A model generated the notes under the pieces. That model saw nothing but the letters and a program-made list of their open reading frames with translations. It was not told the origin of the DNA and ran no database searches. Below are positions 41,739 to 44,756 of a DNA stretch of 44,756 bases, in pieces (within the stretch, counting starts at the first letter, position 1; every line of letters begins with the position of its first letter). Source of the DNA: Capsulimonadales bacterium (GTDB taxonomy: Bacteria > Armatimonadota > Armatimonadia > Armatimonadales > Armatimonadaceae); the NCBI GenBank assembly GCA_033762295.1, contig JANRLW010000101.1, forward strand, positions 1 to 44,756, read 5' to 3'. Both the position numbers and the translations under genes were made by a program.

Positions 41739-44024
41739 ATGCAGGCGAATCCGGTAGTTTCGATGGTCCGTCGAGGCAGGGGGCGGACCGCTCTGCTCCT
41801 GGTCGGCACTCTGTTGTGCGCGATCGTGGCGTTGTCACCCGGGCGGGTGACGGCGGTGAAACCCGCGCCTCAGTTTTTGCGTGATGTGGCGCCGATTCTC
41901 GACAAACAGGGCTGTTCCGTCGCCGGGTGTCACGGGAAGTTCGGCGGACGCGCCGGATTCCAGTTGTCCCTTCTCACACTGACCCCGGAGGACGACTACG
42001 ACCCGATCGTTCGCGGCGGACGCGGCCGTCGGATCAATCTGGTGGAGCCGGAAAAGAGCCTCTTTTTGCTCAAGGGCGCCGGTCTCGTTCCGCATGGCGG
42101 CGGGGCACGCTTCGATCGCAAATCGCCCGAATACCGTATCATCCGGGACTGGATCGCCGCCGGTGCGCCGTACGACCCGGAAAAGGATGTGCGTCTCGAG
42201 CGATTGACCGTTCTGCCGTCTCAGTTCGTCCTGCCGAAGGTCGGCGCCACGCAGCAGTTGAAGGTGTTCGCCCGCTTCTCCGACGGAACGGTTCAAAATG
42301 TGACCGATTATGCCAACTACGAATCCGTGGATACGGCGGTCGCCGCGGTCGACGCCAACGGACGGGTCAAGGCGACCCGCTGGGGCGGCGGTGCGGTGGT
42401 CGTGCGTTATCTCGGCACGGTGGAGGCCGCCTTTCTCACCTCGCCGCGCGTCGATAAAACCCCCTACCCACCGGTCCGCGGAAATAACTACATCGATGAA
42501 CTGGTGCTGGCGAACCTGAAACGGATGAATGTCGTGCCGTCGCGCCTGACGACCGACTACGAGTTCCTCCGCCGGGTCTATCTCGATGTTTGCGGTCGAT
42601 TGCCCGAACCGGGCGAGGTCGCCGCCTTCGTCGCCGACAAAGCGCCGGACAAGCGGGCGAAAATGATCGACCGGCTGCTCGACTCGCCCGAGTATGTCGA
42701 TATGCGCACTCTGCGTCTGGGCGACCTGCTCCGGATCCATCCGCGCAACTTCGGCTACAATATCCAGGGCGACCGCAGTTCGGCGCTTTTTACCGACTGG
42801 ATTCGGGATGCCGTTCGGGACAATCTGCCCTACGATCAGTTCGTGCGCGGACTGATTCTGGCGAAAGGGTCCACTCTGCGGAACGGTCCCGCCAACTTCT
42901 ATCTGATCGACCGCACGCCCGAGGACCGGATGGAGACGGTCGCGCAGGCGTTTCTCGGACAGCGCATGTCCTGCGCCCGATGCCACAAGCATCCGTTCGA
43001 CCGCTGGACCACCGATGACTACTGGAACTTTGCCGCGTTTCTCGGACGGGTCGGCCTGCGCGGCGGTCAGAGCCGTTTGAACGGCGACCTGGCGCAGGAG
43101 AACGATGTCTTCTACAATCCGGGCGGTCAGGTCGTCAATAACAGCGTCACCGGCAAGCGTCGCGGGAAGGTGGCGCCTCCGACCTATTTGGGCGCAAAAG
43201 ACCCGGTGAGCCTTGCCGTCGAAAAACGCCCCGACGGTCAACCGGGGCCGAACCTGCTGGAACAGTTCGCCAACTGGTGCGTCTCCGAGAAAAACCCGTA
43301 TTTCGCCCGGGCCACGGTCAATCGTCTCTGGGGCAACTATCTGGGCCGTGGCGTCGTCCATCCGGTCGACGATATGCGAGGTACCACGCCCCCGTCGGTT
43401 CCCGGTCTGCTCGAGGCGATGGCTCGGGACTTTACCGAGCATCGGTACGATATCAAGCATATGATTCGTACCATTCTCAACTCCCGGACCTATCAAACCG
43501 CGTCGGACGTCAACGCCACCAACAAACTGGACGACAAGTTTTTCTCGCACTTCTACCCCCGCCCGATGCTCGGACAGGTCTTCCTGGATGTCATGAACCA
43601 GGCGACCGGTACCACCGAGCGGTTCGGTGAGTTTCCGGTCGAGTACAAGGCGAAACGGCTGGAACTTCCGGTAGGTTCGTATTTCCTCGACACCTTCGGG
43701 CGTAGTCACCGAGAATTCCTGGCCGAACTGGAACCGAAGGTCGAGCCGACCCTGGTGCAGATTCTCCACATTCTGAATTCGCCCTACATCGATGATAAGG
43801 TCAAGCACGGCGGCGGGACCGTCCATGCCCTGGTTTCCGATAAAGCGGTCACGGACGAGCGGTTGATCGAAGGGCTCTACCGGAAGACCTTTTGCCGTCC
43901 GCCGATGCCGAAGGAGACCGTCGCCGCCCGCAAGATCCTGAAGGCGGCCAAAAACCGGGAGGAAGCGGCGCAGGATTTGATGTGGGCGTTGCTCTCGGCC
44001 CGGGAGTTTTACTTCGTTATTTGA
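41739..44024 (+). CDS. DUF1549/DUF1553 planctomycete-type cytochrome-c-like protein with Ig-like domain
   Basis: F.RDV.PIL.K.GCSVAGCHG, Big_2-like LTVLP...QLKV.ARFSDG, FLRRVYLD, CARCHKHPFDRW, NPYFARATVNRLW, DTFGR, DLMWALL..EF. Confidence 0.92.
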   Translation: MQANPVVSMVRRGRGRTALLLVGTLLCAIVALSPGRVTAVKPAPQFLRDVAPILDKQGCSVAGCHGKFGGRAGFQLSLLTLTPEDDYDPIVRGGRGRRINLVEPEKSLFLLKGAGLVPHGGGARFDRKSPEYRIIRDWIAAGAPYDPEKDVRLERLTVLPSQFVLPKVGATQQLKVFARFSDGTVQNVTDYANYESVDTAVAAVDANGRVKATRWGGGAVVVRYLGTVEAAFLTSPRVDKTPYPPVRGNNYIDELVLANLKRMNVVPSRLTTDYEFLRRVYLDVCGRLPEPGEVAAFVADKAPDKRAKMIDRLLDSPEYVDMRTLRLGDLLRIHPRNFGYNIQGDRSSALFTDWIRDAVRDNLPYDQFVRGLILAKGSTLRNGPANFYLIDRTPEDRMETVAQAFLGQRMSCARCHKHPFDRWTTDDYWNFAAFLGRVGLRGGQSRLNGDLAQENDVFYNPGGQVVNNSVTGKRRGKVAPPTYLGAKDPVSLAVEKRPDGQPGPNLLEQFANWCVSEKNPYFARATVNRLWGNYLGRGVVHPVDDMRGTTPPSVPGLLEAMARDFTEHRYDIKHMIRTILNSRTYQTASDVNATNKLDDKFFSHFYPRPMLGQVFLDVMNQATGTTERFGEFPVEYKAKRLELPVGSYFLDTFGRSHREFLAELEPKVEPTLVQILHILNSPYIDDKVKHGGGTVHALVSDKAVTDERLIEGLYRKTFCRPPMPKETVAARKILKAAKNREEAAQDLMWALLSAREFYFVI

Positions 44025-44094
44025 TCAGGGCATTCGGTCACGGCGGGCAAGGACGCACGGGGCCGAAACGGAGATATCGCCGGATAACAAGCCG

Positions 44095-44125
44095 AAGGAC
44101 GGGGAAACAACGTTTCCCCGTCCTT
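44095..44125. terminator. Bidirectional terminator-like hairpin
   Basis: 14-bp stem AAGGACGGGGAAAC / GTTTCCCCGTCCTT between convergent genes. Confidence 0.7.
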
Positions 44126-44175
44126 ACTCGGTTTCTCGACTCGGTGTCTTTACTTGGTTTCTTTACTCGGTGTCT
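44124..44175. repeat. Tandem repeat, 4 x 13 bp (consensus TTACTCGGTKTCT)
   Basis: ttactcggtttct / cgactcggtgtct / ttacttggtttct / ttactcggtgtct. Confidence 0.85.
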
Positions 44176-44756
44176 TTTGGCGTGAGCAGGCGGATATCGT
44201 CCAGACGCGTTCCCCCGTCCGGTTCGGAGGTTACCCGGACGACGAAGCCGGTCATCGTGAACTTCCGATCGACCCCCAGGTCCTTTAACGGAACGGTGAC
44301 CGTTTGCCAGGTGTCCCTGGGCAGGGCAGGTACGGCAACGTGACTTCGCTCCTTGCCCCGTAAAAGGCCGGTAATTCGGAGCGTCCGTCCGCCACTTTCG
44401 CCCCCGTGAACCTTCATCGTCAACCGATCATACGGCGCGGAGTCGAACGGCTCATGAACGAAACGGATTTCGGCGCCGTCGAATCGCATCGATTTTCCCG
44501 TTCCGTTGGGGTCCGCCGCCTCCTCGGTTTTGACATCGCCCATGGCCGTTTCCCAGCCGGAACGGAGGGCGTCGTCGTAAATCGTGACCATGCTGCCGAT
44601 CGTCCGATCCTGCCCGAGGGCATTGACCGCCATTCCGTCGGGATGGTCCGGGGACGGCAGAACGATCGGGTCGCCGGCACCGGGGAGGGCGTCACCGGCG
44701 GCGTTCGGCAGACCGAAAATCGTGACATAGGTAAGGGCGGCGATGCCGACCAGCAG
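44163..44756 (-). CDS. Membrane-anchored protein with carbohydrate-binding-like domain (5' end beyond window)
   Basis: Frame stays open to the window edge and adds a TM segment (LLVGIAALTYVTIFGL). Domain IYDDAL..GW...G.KS...YDRL...HGG...WQTVTVPLKDLG...LDDIRL. Confidence 0.75.
   Translation of the reverse strand: MLVGIAALTYVTIFGLPNAAGDALPGAGDPIVLPSPDHPDGMAVNALGQDRTIGSMVTIYDDALRSGWETAMGDVKTEEAADPNGTGKSMRFDGAEIRFVHEPFDSAPYDRLTMKVHGGESGGRTLRITGLLRGKERSHVAVPALPRDTWQTVTVPLKDLGVDRKFTMTGFVVRVTSEPDGGTRLDDIRLLTPKDTE

Overview
GC-rich chromosomal window from a diderm bacterium. Lipid A genes (waaA, lpxK), a PEP-CTERM protein, a SigB/SigF-type sigma factor and a DUF1549/DUF1553 protein together suggest Armatimonadota (inference only). 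It holds about 40 CDS and three tRNAs (Pro-CGG, Arg-CCT, Ser-CGA). Housekeeping genes: cysS, tsaD, waaA, lpxK, moaE, rimI, clpS, gyrA and a TrxR-type ferredoxin-NADP reductase. Accessory loci: (i) a five-gene phosphonate/phosphoester scavenging operon (secreted beta-propeller phosphoesterase, PhnZ-like HD enzyme, an unexpected FkbM methyltransferase, TIGR03364-type FAD oxidoreductase, PhnX-like phosphonatase) behind a Pho-box-like repeat; (ii) a peptide ABC locus split by a secreted protein and lacking ATPases; (iii) an ECF sigma / zinc anti-sigma / barrel-less tandem STN-like protein / PEP-CTERM module divergent from a GH27 alpha-galactosidase. gyrA has a roughly 96-bp AT-rich codon patch over the catalytic tyrosine (a known intein site) and lacks both quinolone-bridge residues. 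No transposase, integrase, prophage, rRNA or CRISPR array was seen. All calls come from reading motifs by eye, without database searches.
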